Shown piece after piece: positions 37,798 to 50,838 of a DNA stretch of 64,000 nt. The notes under the pieces were generated by a model. The model saw only the letters and a program-made list of their open reading frames with translations, did not search any database and had not been told where the DNA came from. Location: the NCBI RefSeq assembly GCF_963921235.1, contig NC_086108.1:84880001-84944000 (forward strand), given 5' to 3'. Both the position numbers and the translations under genes were made by a program. The stretch is from Mobula hypostoma. Lineage: Eukaryota. Within the stretch, counting starts at the first letter, position 1; each line of letters begins with the position of its first letter.

Positions 37798-39148
37798 TAT
37801 GTATCTCTGATTACAGATTTCTGAATCAGATATCTAAATGGTCCATTAACTTCACTTTCGCACTATTTATTTATTTATCCATCTTTCATCATGCTTTCAG
37901 AAAAAAATGGTGGAACAGTATGTTTTATTCGGAAGTCTTACTGCTAATTATAGTTACTGACATCTATTGTATTGAATGTTACAAAGCCAATTATATTGAA
38001 AAAATGCAAATGAGTTATTGAATATAGATGCAATTCAACCACAATTCAAAAATCAAGATATCAAATATTCAGCTGTATTGTAGCTAAATCCAATGTTCCC
38101 ATTATATCAGAACCATTAAATGAGAAAACCTGGAAACTAAGCAATATTCAGTCAAGAATTTCTATGATATATTACAGCAGACTATCATTTGAGTTACTGT
38201 GACTACCTTTGCACAAGTCTTTTATACCAGTGTGTGCGTCTCAATGTTGATCAATAGATGAAACTATGTGGGATATACACACACATACACAAAAACAGAA
38301 TTTCATGACATATTCGAGTGATGATAAACCTGATTTTGATATGGGACTCTATTGTTAACTGAGAGTGGGAAGGGGGCAGGGAGAGCGGAATGATGGTTTG
38401 GAAAAGGGGAAGGGGGAGGGGAGCGAGCAGGAAACACCAGAGAGACATTCTGTAATGATCAATAAATCAATTGTCCGGAATCAAATAACTCCTTTGCTGC
38501 CACCTGTCCCACACCCCTCCAGTGGTGCTCGAGCCTCACCACTCCCAACATCCTTCTCTCCCGCCAGATTTACAAACTCGCTCTCTGCTCCACATTGACA
38601 AATACACTTAGGCACCCTAGCTCAATATTATATTATTTTACACACACACAATTGCATGACAGGTTGGGAATAAATTCCCTGTATTAAAATCCACCTGCAA
38701 TTAGGGTTGGCAGATGCTCAGTTATCTTTTAATCTAATTAATTCTGACTTATTTGTATTTTAGTCTGACCAGAAGAAGGTGCCTCATTTTTAGAAGTCCC
38801 TCTAGTGTTTGATTATGAAACTACTCAGTTTCCATGCTCAAGTGAGCAGCAAAGCACGAAAAGAAAGTAGAAAACACTATGTTTTGATATACATGTGCCA
38901 AATAAAGTTCATCTTTATTATTTTAATCTAATACACTCTCTGAAATGGCAATAAAGAATTTAAGACAAGGAAGGGGAGAACTAGTAGTCGTCTCGAGTGA
39001 AGTGAGATAGGAGGTAGAAACTGGCAAGAGGAGGATACTGCAAAGATACAGCCACTGGTAGTTGAGCAAAAAGCCAAGAAATGGCATCCAAGCTGAACAG
39101 AAATAAGGAAAATTCCCTGGATCACAGAGAAACAACCACGCTATATCT

Positions 39149-39246
39149 GTTCAACACTCACAACACGCTGGAGGAATTCAGCAGGTCGGGCAGCATCAGT
39201 GGAAAAGATCGATCGATGTTTCGGGCCGGAACCCTTCGTCAGGACT
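39149..39246 (-). mobile_element. 98-bp Penelope 3' terminus containing a hammerhead motif
   Basis: 11-bp TSD acgctatatct (39138-39148, 39247-39257). Minus strand agtc-CTGACGA-agggttccggccc-GAAA-cATC. Confidence 0.88.
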
Positions 39247-39289
39247 ACGCTATATCTATTAGTTGGAGAAAGTCAGGAAGTTAAAGCAA

Positions 39290-40260
39290 AAGTAATTCAA
39301 AAAGAGAATTTGCTCAAGCAATCAGGGAAGGGTGGCAGATGGAGCTTTTGCTGAAGAAGTAGTGAAAGGCTTTCAGGTATGGGATGGAGGTATAGAAGGA
39401 TTGGATGTGGTAAGACAGTTGCAGACAAGAAATTCAAAATGAGTACTGTGTGACTGGGAACAGACAGTAAAAGGAGAGAATGAAAACAGGAAAGGTAGGA
39501 AAAACTGTTGTGAAGAGCAGAATATGCTGAAACATTGGATCAATCAGGTAGGTTTGCTTGTGGATCTTGGAGAAGAGGAATAGTTGCTTGTGATGTGTTG
39601 AATGAACTATGAGATTGTAGGCTATGGAGAGAAGAACCCCAAAAGAAATCAACTCATGGATTATCTGGGAAAGAAAAATATCCTGCACTAAGGTCATGGC
39701 CGATGGAGTTAAAAGATAGCAGTAAAATCTGAAAACAACAACAGCACTACCCTCATCAGATTTAATAGCATTTCTGGGGCTGATGCTTAGTAAAGTGAAT
39801 GCTGCCCGTTGAGAGTGGTTGAAAAATTAAGTGGTAAATTTAAAGTGTCGATGTCATGCTGTTTGCAATGAAGAGACCTAGAGAAGATAAGGGATGGGGG
39901 CGGGGGGGCACAGGCAAAGCAAAAATTCTGCAGATAGGATGAGGTGTTATGTTATATGAAGACTTCAGACCAAATGAGCATGAATACGAAGGCGAGATAT
40001 GGAGAGGTCGGGCTTGGAATTCATTGAGATGAGAAGTGGAGTGAACCTCACAGATCAAACGTGCACCATTTGAGAAGCAGTTACTATCTTAAGGATATTT
40101 ACTTAACCAAAACTGGATCTGAAATGTGAAGGGTGGAGTTCCAGTTGGAATCCATGCAGAATAAGAGAGGGCCAGAGACATTCATTGAGGAAAGAATTGT
40201 TGCTGTGAAAACAAGCTTTGGTCAAGGGGTAAAAAGAAACCAAAAGGAGGTGAACCATTA
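39290..40260 (-). mobile_element. Degenerate L2-like LINE fragment
   Basis: Purine-rich plus strand with decayed LINE-like motifs. Boundaries approximate. Confidence 0.35.
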
Positions 40261-41054
40261 AAACCTAATGTTATGGCCAGCAGCTGAATTCAAAATGTAA
40301 AAACTCTTTTACGTTGCTATATGTAGTTAAGTTTTCCTTTGCTGTTTGGATGATAACCACTCATAACTTTCTTCAATATGTTAAAAAACTATTTCAAGAC
40401 AATATCTTATTTCTTGCTCAATCTCAAATGACATGACAACCATGAATCAATTCTTAAGGGCTTATGGGTAGAAAAATAGCCCTTGAGACCTGATTTCTAA
40501 TTTGGTCATGAGTATTATAGCGCAATACAAATACAAGACTGCCCGGTTATGAACAACTGACTGGACCTGACTGTATAAATAAATAGATGTGCAAAATTTT
40601 GACTATATGAAGTTTTTGAACAAGTTAAACTTCCCTAAATTTATAACAGAACTTCATAGGTGAAGGTGAATCAAGTGATTTGGAGTTAGCCAGTGCAGTT
40701 AGAGGCCAACTGTGCAGCTATATGCTGCTGAGGCAAAGACTATATATTCAACGGTTTTAGTGGTTTGAGCCACTGTGGTAGCTTTTTGAGATCTACAAGG
40801 GAATAGATTTGCCATTTGCGGTCGGGTTACTGGCAGTTATTTTTGGGATTGAGCTGGATGATTCCATGGGTATTTTGAGAGACCAGTAAAATGTATGAGA
40901 ATGTACTTGTTGGCTGTTGCAGGCATATTCTGCCAGGCGGAAATGTGACTTCTCTCTTCAGCCACTCCTCACCACCCCATCCCCTTTTACCCTTCAACCA
41001 AGCCAAGCAGAGCTGATACCACTGAGTAGGCTCACTTTACATTTCACATCACAT

Positions 41055-41800
41055 TTCAAGTTTAATTGTCAGTCAACCATACATGAGTACCTATGAACAC
41101 AGCCAAACAAAATAGTGTTATTCTGAGGCCAAGGTGGAAAACACAGTACAACAGTCACACATAGCACAAGGGACATATAATATAGCAAGATATCAGTAAA
41201 ATCCAGTACACACAAAAAAAATCCAAGACCCAGAGTCCATGAATTTTGCAGAAATCTGCCATCAGCCACAATACAGGTTGTCTTCTGCCAAGCAATCACT
41301 GGGGGGCAGTACAGACTCCAGCTTGGATGCCACGCAACACTGTCTCCAGTGGAGCATGCCAACTCTGACACACCTCTCTTGCTGGCGGCTGCAAACAGGC
41401 AACGAGTCAAGGTCTAGTCCTCGCTGCAACCGAGATCACACAGCTCCCCCGTCGTCCGCCAATAAATTGGTGAATCGGACTTGCAGCATTCCACATCAAC
41501 AACGTCCAACAGGGTCTTGTGATCACAAGAAAACTGACTAAGATGGTCACTCACTGTTAAAGACTACACACCTCCTTCGCGAACCGACTCCCTGATGCCT
41601 CTCTGATACAGGTAGCAACATGATCCGTACAAGGTCCAGATCCTTCACTTTATCTGCCAATGATTAACTTAGAGCTAGGGTAGACCCGCAGAACTTCAAG
41701 TTATTTATCCAGCAAGGTCTTGTGATTGGTGAAGAAAAACAAGTTTACAAAGGTTGACCCCATAGAAGTCGCAGTGATCGAACATGCCACCATCTTACCA
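41055..41800 (-). repeat. Interspersed repeat, probably non-LTR derived (unclassified)
   Basis: Begins with caagtttaattgtc...aaccatacatg, a reverse-complemented LINE-type tail, followed by a GC-richer body. Confidence 0.4.
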
Positions 41801-43859
41801 GAAACATTGCTGAATTATTGACAGTCAGTGATGCTGGCCGTTGACCATTCTTCCTACTCCTTTTGCTACCCCATCACACCCATTTCTGTGATCTTATGCC
41901 ACTACTTTGGTTTATTTCTAACTTCAGGTAATTAACAGTTCTCAGGAACAGAAACCTTTCACAACCCATGGACTGCCTGTACTTCAACATGTAAGGGAAT
42001 ATTTTACACTTGTTTAAGACAGAAACTGTATCTATTGGGCTCAATACTGAATTGTACAACTTCAGGTAAAATGCTTTATATTTCTGCTTTTCTCTCAAGT
42101 TTTTTTCCTTTCCATTAGTACATATGCTACTGACAGGTATTTGACATCTTTCCACATTCCTCTGTTGTACTCTCATTCATTAAATGCCCTCCTATCACTA
42201 CTCTTACTCTATTTTTCTTCTCTCCCCAACTGGCCATTCAACCATTGATTTGATTGTACCTACAAATTGTCCCCCTAGGAAAGCTGGCCTTATTTTATTA
42301 ATAGACAGGGATCTGCTGGGTTACAAATTACCTAACCTGGGAAACCCAACTTTACATAACTCTCCCACACATTTTTAAAAGTGTTTTTGAAGCTAGTAAT
42401 AAAAAGAGTTTCCGAGCACTCATTAATGATTTCATACAGTATATATTCCATATTCTCCCCAATAAATTAAGTTGGGAATAACTAATGAGCAAATTCTTAT
42501 AGCACTGTGTAATTTTTGTTCGTTCAATTATCGCTCTGTTTAGGAATATTAGTACAAGCAGAATCATCCCAAAATGAGAATAAGAGGGAAATAGTTAATC
42601 TCGGATTGTTTATGTATAACATTCTGACTGTATAATAATGACTGCACTCTGGATCCACAGTACCAATGTACTTCACTACCAGAGTACATACCAAATTATT
42701 TTTCAGTTCCCCCTTGTTACATATTTCATGATCTTCAAATGCATTTTTTTTTAAACCTGTGCCTCTGGGCACCTTTCCCAATTCCACTCTTCTTGGGTCT
42801 GGCCTGGAATGACATTTTATGTTGAAATACAATTCTATGTAAAAAGATGTCTGGTTTTAGCACGAACCAAAGCCAAGTCTATAAATCTTACGAAGTCAGA
42901 AAAATTGCTAAAAGGTATTTTTTAAAATAATCTATTTAACCTGACCCAATTACCTCAGATCACATCCCAAAGCTATTGCTGTCATCAACTATAAAGACAG
43001 TCTTCACTCACTACTTCAACAATAATGAGGAAAAATAAGATTTTATTAGCCCATTTTCCTCATTTCCTATCTCCACCCTTTTTTCTCCCTGAACAGCAAT
43101 CTACTAAACTGTTTGAACTCAAAATAATTAAGTAATGCCAATAGTAATTTGGCATTGTTTTGGTTGAGCATAAATCACAACTGTTGCTTGGAACTCTGGA
43201 CTTCTTGACCCTAAGACAAAAGGAATTATCACTAGCTGTCTTTGTTTCAAGTAGATAATGAATATAGTTAATAATGAGCATTCAGCCACACTTTAGATGG
43301 AGATACCACAACATATCTCTTATCTAGAAGTGAGTTGTAAAAAAGCAAACATTCATGCTAATAACAAATTTTATAGAAGATACGTGAATAGCATTTCTTC
43401 CTCTTCCTCTATTGCCCATTATATGAAAATACACTAAAAATCTGTAGACTGAAGCAATATTGCCATCCTCCGCTACAAAGGGTAGTAACTCAAAGATGTC
43501 TATTTAACTAGTACATTTCCTCCCAGCCTAACACCTGATTAGATAAGTATACAGAAAAGAACACAAATGAAAAAGGACATTTTCCTTCTCCATATCAAAA
43601 TTTATCTATGTCATTCCAGTACCAAGAAATCTTACTCTCCAGATTTTAAATCTGTGGCAACACCATCCGATGGAAATGTCCCAAGAAACAAGAAGTTTTA
43701 AAGGGATGAGGAGGAAGAGCAGGTGGTGGACAGACAAATACATGACAGATGTGAAAAAAAGAGGTAATCCAGTTTGGGAGATAAAAATTTTTTTAAAAGC
43801 TTGATCTTTTATTTCTAAATGATGAGCGGTTTAAAAGTTTTACATTTAGAAAGACTTGG

Positions 43860-44380
43860 TTGTCTATCCACGGCCTCCTCTACTGTAAAGATGAAGCCAC
43901 ACTCAGGTTGGAGGAACAACACCTTATATTCCGTCTGGGTAGCCTCCAACCTGATGGCATGAACATTGACTTCTCTAACTTCCGCGAGGCCCCACCTCCC
44001 CCTCGTACCCCATCTGTTACTCATTTTTATGCACACATTCTTTCTCTCACTCTCCTTTTTCTCCCTCTGTCCCTCTGAATATACCTCTTGCCCATCCTCT
44101 GGGTCACCACCCCCCCGTCTTTCTTCCCGGACCTCCTGTCCCATGATCCTCTCGTATCCCCTTTTGCCTATCACCTGTCCAGCTCTCGGCTCTATCCCTC
44201 CCCCTCCTGTCTTCTCCTATCATTTTGCATCTCCCCCTCCCCCTCCAGCTTTCAAATCCCTTACTCACTCTTCCTTCAGTTAGTCCTGACGAAGGGTCTC
44301 GGCCTGAAACGTCGACGGCGCCTCTTCCTATAGATGCTGCTTGGCCTGCTGCGTTCACCAGCAACTTTGATGTGTGTTGC
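43860..44380 (+). mobile_element. Penelope-like 3' fragment (GIY-YIG tail + pLTR)
   Basis: MSIHGLLYCKDEATLRLEEQHLIFRLGSLQPDGMNIDFSNFR. Same family as 37003-37797. Confidence 0.92.
44282..44317 (+). ncRNA. Minimal type I hammerhead ribozyme motif (intact core)
   Basis: agtc-CTGACGA-agggtctcggcct-GAAA-cGTC-gac. Confidence 0.8.
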
Positions 44381-45833
44381 AAGAAAAAAAATGTCGTCTT
44401 TGATTGCAATTTGTTTTATCAGACCCCTACGCACTGACTGGAATATAGAATCACAAGAAGTTTCAATGCATTTAGAATGCAATGATGTCTTTTTTTGTAG
44501 TAGGTCATCTGTAGCATTTGCCATTAATTAAATGTGTTTTTCTGTGTTTCAACTCAGAATGGCTTTGGTCACTAAAATGCTGAAAGTTTAAGGTGATAAT
44601 AGCACAGCAAGAAAAGAAAATAGCATCTGGGACCAAAGGGACCTGGACAACTAACAGGAAATCTCTTTAATCAATAAGATTTAACATTGGGAATAAACAC
44701 TGGAAGGATCAAGGTGAAGAAAATGAGAGTAGGTGAATTCAATATAAATCAACTACAGAGTTCTGACAAGAGGAGAAAAACAGATAATTATAAACACAAC
44801 ATTTCAAAAAGCAGTTGTAAAATACAAAGTTTGAAATAAGAATTCAAAGTTATTAATTTTTAATGTCAGAGGGGTTGATTGCCAGACATTAGCACTTATG
44901 ACTTACTGCAGTACAGTGAGTTTAATGGGCAATGGTCAATAAAGCACTGAGCTCTTTGAAAGCTGAAAGCTAAGATGCATTGGATTTATTCAACCAGCAC
45001 TTCCCATATCCACAAGCTCTACCAGCAAGAAGGACAAAGAGAGTGCATACATGGGAAGATCACTGACTACAGATTTCCTTCCAAGTCACGCAGCATCATG
45101 GCTTGGAAAAACAGTACATCATCCACACATCAATATCACAGGGTTTAAATCATGAAACATTTTTCACAACAGCCCTGTTTGAAAATCTCCAGAGGACTGC
45201 AGTGGTTCGGAGGAAGTTTAAATGGTAAATGGGAATGGGGAATAAATGCTGTTCTTTTGAGCTCCTTAAAATGAATGAATAGAAGTCCCACTCTATTGCA
45301 CTCTTGCTCACAATTAACAAATAAGGAATGAGTATTCTGGATACATCTGTTTGACCTGCAAAGCATTAACCAATTATTTTTGTGCTCAGGTCTGTAATTC
45401 ATTTCATGAAAAGAAATCTTAAGGTATGAATATATATTTCTCATCTAGGAAAAGCAATAATCACTGAGGTCCGTAAGTGAACAGTACAAACTATTACCTT
45501 ATTCTATAAGCGGGATCGACATGCTGATATACATAGTAAATTGTCAATCTAATGAACAGTGTGCTTGAAAATAACCACAAGCGGGCAGCAGAATCCTCTT
45601 AATCTCTGTACATCATTCAAAAGATCAGGAAGCCTCTAAAAGGGATGAGGATTGATGTGTGAATGAGAAGAGATGCAACTATGCCAACCTCTTGAAAAAA
45701 AACAAATTGAAATACAAAGCAGCATTGCTGCACCAGTGACCATTGAAGAAAGAGACAGTGTTCAGCCCTTCAAAGAAAATGAAAGGGGTAACTGACAGCA
45801 GGATCAGAATCAGGTTTAGTATCACTGGCATTT

Positions 45834-46784
45834 ACTCAGTGACTACTTTATTAGGTAAGGAGTGGAACACGGAGTAGCCTTTAGCTGCTGTAGCTCAACC
45901 ACTTCAACGTGTTGTTCATTCCAAGATGTGCTTCTGCACACCCTGTTGTAATGTGCGGCTATTTGAGTTACCATCACCTTCCAGTCAGCTTGAATCAGTC
46001 TGGCCATTCTCCTCTGACCTCTGTCATTAATAAGGCATTTTTGCCCACAGAACTGCACTCACTCACTTGATTTTTTTTTAGCATCATTTTCTGTAAAAAC
46101 TAGAGACTGGAAATAACTCAGAAAATGTGTAACTTGGGTAGTTGACGGTTGGATTGAGTTGTTCTCTGATCTTGGCAATCCATTTGCAAACGCTTTGTCA
46201 CCGTATGAGGAGACTGATTGCTTGTGTGGCAAATTTTTTCTGCAAAACAACTCTGTAACAATCATGTTGATCTCGATCCCATTTGTAAGCCAATGTGGAC
46301 AAAATTCCAGACAATGCACAGAATTCACCATGCAACCAATCAGCAGTGAGACCCCCTCCCTACATCACAATTGACGTTCCATAATGACGACCAATCAACT
46401 GATTGATATGTGTATAAAAGCCAGGCATTCAGAGAACACACCACAAATGCAAAGCACAATGATGATGCCGAACCATTTGCAAATGGATTGCAAAGACTGG
46501 AGACCAACTCAACCCAGTCACTTTAGAGACTGTTGTGCATGAAAAGCCCAGTGGGTCAGCAGATTCTGAAATACTCAAAGCACCCCCTCTGGCACCAACA
46601 ATCATTTCATAGTCAGCCACTTAGATTTCTTCCACATTCTGATGTTTTTTCCTAGATAATAACTGAATCTCTTGTCTATGTCTGCATGCTTTGTGCATCG
46701 AGATGCTGCCATATGATTGGCTGATTAGTTATTTGCATTAATGAGCAAGTGTACAGGTGTACCTAAAAAAGAGGCCACTGATTG
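45834..46784 (-). mobile_element. Internally deleted Tc1-like transposon
   Basis: TIRs actcagtgactactttattaggta / tacctaaaaaagaggccactgattg. HTH remnants MIVGARGGALSISESADPLGFSCTTVSKV and GQKCLINDRGQRRMARLIQAD. Confidence 0.85.
46110..46523. mobile_element. Insertion within the Tc1 with inverted ends, probably a different Penelope pLTR family
   Basis: 9-bp TSD tagagactg (46101-46109, 46524-46532). Inverted segments gcaatccatttgcaaa / tttgcaaatggattgc. Decayed TGATGA hammerhead-like core. Confidence 0.6.
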
Positions 46785-46789
46785 AATAG

Positions 46790-47720
46790 CTGCCGGCGTG
46801 CCTTCTTTGTAATTGCATCAATATGCTGGGCCCATGATAGATCTTCAGAGATGTTGACACCCAGTAACTTGTAAATGCTCACGCTTTCCACTACTCGCCC
46901 CTTGATGAGGACTGCTGCATGTTTCCTCTACTTTCTCTTCCTGTTCTTACTAGCGTTGACTGCAGGGTTGTTGTTGCAACACCACTTTATCAGCTGATCT
47001 ATGTATCTCACCTCTCTATGCCTCCTTGTCACCATCTAAGATTCTGCTGACAACAGTTGTACGATTCACAACTTTATAGATGGCATTTGTGCTGTGGCTA
47101 GCCACACTGTCATGAGTGTAGAGAAATTAGTGCAGCAGACTCAGCATGGGTCCTTGAGGTGCACTTGTGTTGATTGTCAGCAAGAAGATGATGTTGTTTC
47201 AGATCCTGCTGACTGTGGTATCTCAATGAGGAAGTCATGAATCCAGTTGCAGAATGACTACAGAGGCCCTGGTTTTGAAGCTTATTGATGAATGCTGAGA
47301 GGATGATGGTGTTGAATGCTGAGCTGTAATCAATAAATAGCAGCCTGACATAGGCATTGCTATTGCCCAGGTGATTCAAAGCTGAATGGAAGGCCAATGA
47401 GATTGTATCTGCTGTAGACCTATTGTGGCAATAGGCAAACTGCAATGGGACCAGGTCCTTATTTAGGCAGGAGTTAATTCTAACCAAGATCAACCTCTCA
47501 AAGCACTTCATCATAGTAGAAATGAGTGCAACAGTCACTGAGGTAGCTAATCCTGCTCTTCTTGGACACTTCTGTGATTATCATTCTTTTGAAGCAGGTG
47601 GGAACCTCTGACTGTAGCAGTGAGAGATTGAAGATGCTCTTGAATTGAACACTCAGCCAATTGGCTGGCACAGGTTTTCAGTGCCCTACCTGGTATACCA
47701 TCAGGGCCTGATGCCCTGCA
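46790..47720 (-). mobile_element. Rex1/Babar LINE RT fragment
   Basis: ORF 47110..47538: VALISTMMKCFERL...PLQFAY..NRSTADTI...YVRLLFIDYSSAFNTI. Confidence 0.9.
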
Positions 47721-48284
47721 ACAGGTTGCACATTATCTCCCTTATACAAAAGCTAACTGATCACAGATGACATCATCAACACCATTGCAGCCCATCAAGT
47801 GACAAAATACAGTGGTTTTACTATTTTGAGGTCAGCTATCTCCATGAATGATCAAAGGTAAAATTCTATTTGCCTACAATACAGAAGAACAGAAAAACCT
47901 TTCCTCAAAGGTGCACAGTTGGACTCAATAGTCATTAAGAATGCATGACTCACAACTGCCATAAGCTGTATCTCAATGGATGTGTTTTGCAGCCATGATT
48001 CTCTTAAGTTTTTCCCTAATGTTTTATCAAATTGTTCCAGAACGACTGGTTGTCACATTACTGAGACCCATTACATAATCACAGCTGTGTTTTACCCTTC
48101 TTGGATTACTTGTGTTTTCCGATTACAGCCATTCAGTATGTACTTTAGTTCCCACTCAGAATTAATCGCAAGCAAAAAAGAAAAGCAATAGAAGACTGAA
48201 GGTTCATTCAAAGCCCCAATCATCTGGAATTCTTCTTAGCCATCTTGGGTTCACTCCCAGTTTTAATGAAGGGTATGCCAAACA

Positions 48285-48635
48285 TTTCATCATCAAAGAC
48301 ACCCACCACCCAGGCTATGCTCTCTTCTCTTCATCTACCATCAGGCAGGAGGTTCCAGACCACAGGGCTCAAGAACAGCATTATCCTACAGTCATAAGTC
48401 TTCTGAACACACTGCAACTCTGAACTGATTCTACGATCTATGGACTCACTTTTTACAACTGATGTTCTCAGTATTACTTCTTTATTTACACAGTTTGTCA
48501 GTCTTTGTTATGTATGATTTTTCATAGATTCTATTAGGTTTCTTTATTTTTCCAGTAAATGCCTGCAAGAAAATGAATCTCAAGATAGTGTATGGTAACA
48601 TATGTACTTTGGCAATAAATTTATTTTGAAATTTG
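48285..48635 (+). mobile_element. Rex1-like LINE 3' fragment
   Basis: IIKDTHHPGYALF...PSGRR...RLKNS, followed by a 3' UTR ending in aataaa. Confidence 0.75.
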
Positions 48636-49587
48636 AATTCAAACGCTACTCTCTGCCTCCTATCAAAGTCAATTTACAAAATCCAATTTACCGATGCTCT
48701 TTGATAAATGAACCTTGCTAAAATCCATGTAATCTATGTCTACCAATCTGCCTTAACTAATTTTTCTTAGCTACCTCGTCATAAAAAATTCAAATCCTGT
48801 TTGTGGGAAGGACTGCCCCTGCACAAAATCATACTGACTCCTCCCAATAGGAGTGTTTTCCTGCTGAGTATTGCTTGAATGATGCAGGATCTTTGCCCAA
48901 AATGCTGACCACTTCTCTGTCTCCCACAGATGCTGCTTTACCACCCGAGTTCCTCTGCCAGCACCAACATTTTCTTGTGTCTTGGTTGAAAGAAATTTGT
49001 TTAATTGCTGTTGTAGATCATGCACAACAGGATTAACTACAAAAGAAGCTGCAAAAAAGATAAACAGGTTTCTATAGAAGGAATGGCAGCTGGGAACTGG
49101 AAACAGGGTATAGGGATGCTTTTGATAAGGGTAGAATTTGAAACAGCATAAACCCATTCAAATTTTTTTTGTCACAGTTTATCATATAGATGTAAATTTC
49201 TGCAATGTCATAAACAATAGTGGTGGTGGCACTTGCACGCCAACGAAGAATGGGAGACATACTTGCGGTCTCGCGTTATACCACAGAACCACATTGCATG
49301 ACTAGTTACACAGTAAGTGCATGAATAAGCAGAAGATTTCATGATCTAGATGCAAGACTAATTATTCATTGGCTTGTCTGGACAAGTAACTTGTATTACC
49401 TCATTTTAAATGAGCAAGTCTTGCACAGCAGCCTGCAGGTAACCTCCAAATATATAATTCAGACAATGTAAAATGAGAAACTTTGATACTCCACGTGTAG
49501 GAGTGAGCTTATACAATGGGTTGATAATGTATTTGAATGATGAAAAATTGTTAGCACCTTGTTTGTCATTTGGATCTAGTCTAAATT

Positions 49588-49869
49588 TATTTATTTATTT
49601 TTTTAAGCATGTCACACCAGACAGTCAGCCATTTTTGTTTGGCATGCGGTGTCAGGGTTAGTCTCCTTTCGGATTAACCGGGTCACGGTATGAACGTTCC
49701 TGACTCAGCCCTTTTTTTTACAAGGCTGAGTGGCTAGCTCAACGCTCCACCCGGTACAGATGGAAAGCGTGCACGGGGGGGGGAGGGGGGGATGGCCCGA
49801 CTTGCATTCAAACTCGGGAGCCTTCGCTCCAGAGTCTGGCACTGATGCCATTGTGCCACCAGCTTGCCT
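49588..49869 (-). mobile_element. tRNA-derived SINE (second family)
   Basis: Head with TGGCACAATGG (A box) and GAGTTTGAATGC (B box-like), (AAAT)n tail, 11-bp TSD tagtctaaatt (49577-49587, 49870-49880). Confidence 0.85.
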
Positions 49870-50577
49870 TAGTCTAAATTAAAGATCATCATACTTTGCT
49901 TCATGTGTTTGATACCAAACTCATAAGAACAAAAGAGGTATGTAGCAAAAGAGTAGGGTGTGTGCATGATGCAGCTTCAACTCCACTACATAACAATTCA
50001 CTCAGTGATCAAAATATTTAGTGGATATAAAACTGTATTGCTGTTAAAATGAACATAAACAATCTTTAAACATTCAATGCTCTGAATCATGAAATTGTGG
50101 TTCCAAGCTCTATTAGTTGATCCTGACCAAATACTAACTGGTGGGAATTAATTACCCTGGACTTGTAGCAAAGAGTCCAATATTCCACAGCACCCTACTC
50201 CTCAACCTGGCAGCAACTGCATAAACACATCTATTCAGTTTGCAACACTTGTTAGCAGGACCTTAAGCATGCAAATATCAATCACTCAGCAGATACAGAC
50301 ATCATTTGTCAGCATATAATAGTTGGAGGTTCCTGGTTTCAATGTAACTGTATTCCAGCATGAAAGCAAAAACTTCACAACAGGATTAAATGTAGGATCT
50401 GTACAAAGAGGCCAGCAGGAGGTGGGAAAAAAAGGATACCTATTTTATGAATCATGCAAAATGTTCTTAGCTTTTGCGATCACTACTGCAGTAAACATTG
50501 CATAATTCACAGAAGTACAGCATCCTGTATATTGTTAAAATGAGTAAAGACAACAGGTATGCAAATTTCATTAAAGT

Positions 50578-50838
50578 CATAAACACAAGAGATTCTGCAG
50601 ATACTTAAAATCCAGAGCAACACATACAAAATGCTGAGGAACTCAACATGACAGGCAACATCTATGAAAGGGAATAAACAGTCAACGATTCAGGCTGAGA
50701 CTCTTCATCAGGACTGGGAAGGAAGGGGGAAAAGAAGCCAGAATAAGAAGGTGGGGGAGGGGTAGGTTCAATCTGGCAGGTGATGGGTAAAGCCAAGTGA
50801 GGAGGAAGGTGGAAGGTGGGTAGGTTGGGGAGGGGGAT
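50578..50838 (-). mobile_element. Penelope pLTR fragment with degenerate hammerhead
   Basis: 12-bp TSD tttcattaaagt (50566-50577, 50839-50850). cagtc-CTGATGA-agagtctcagcct-GAAT-cGTT-gactg. Confidence 0.85.
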
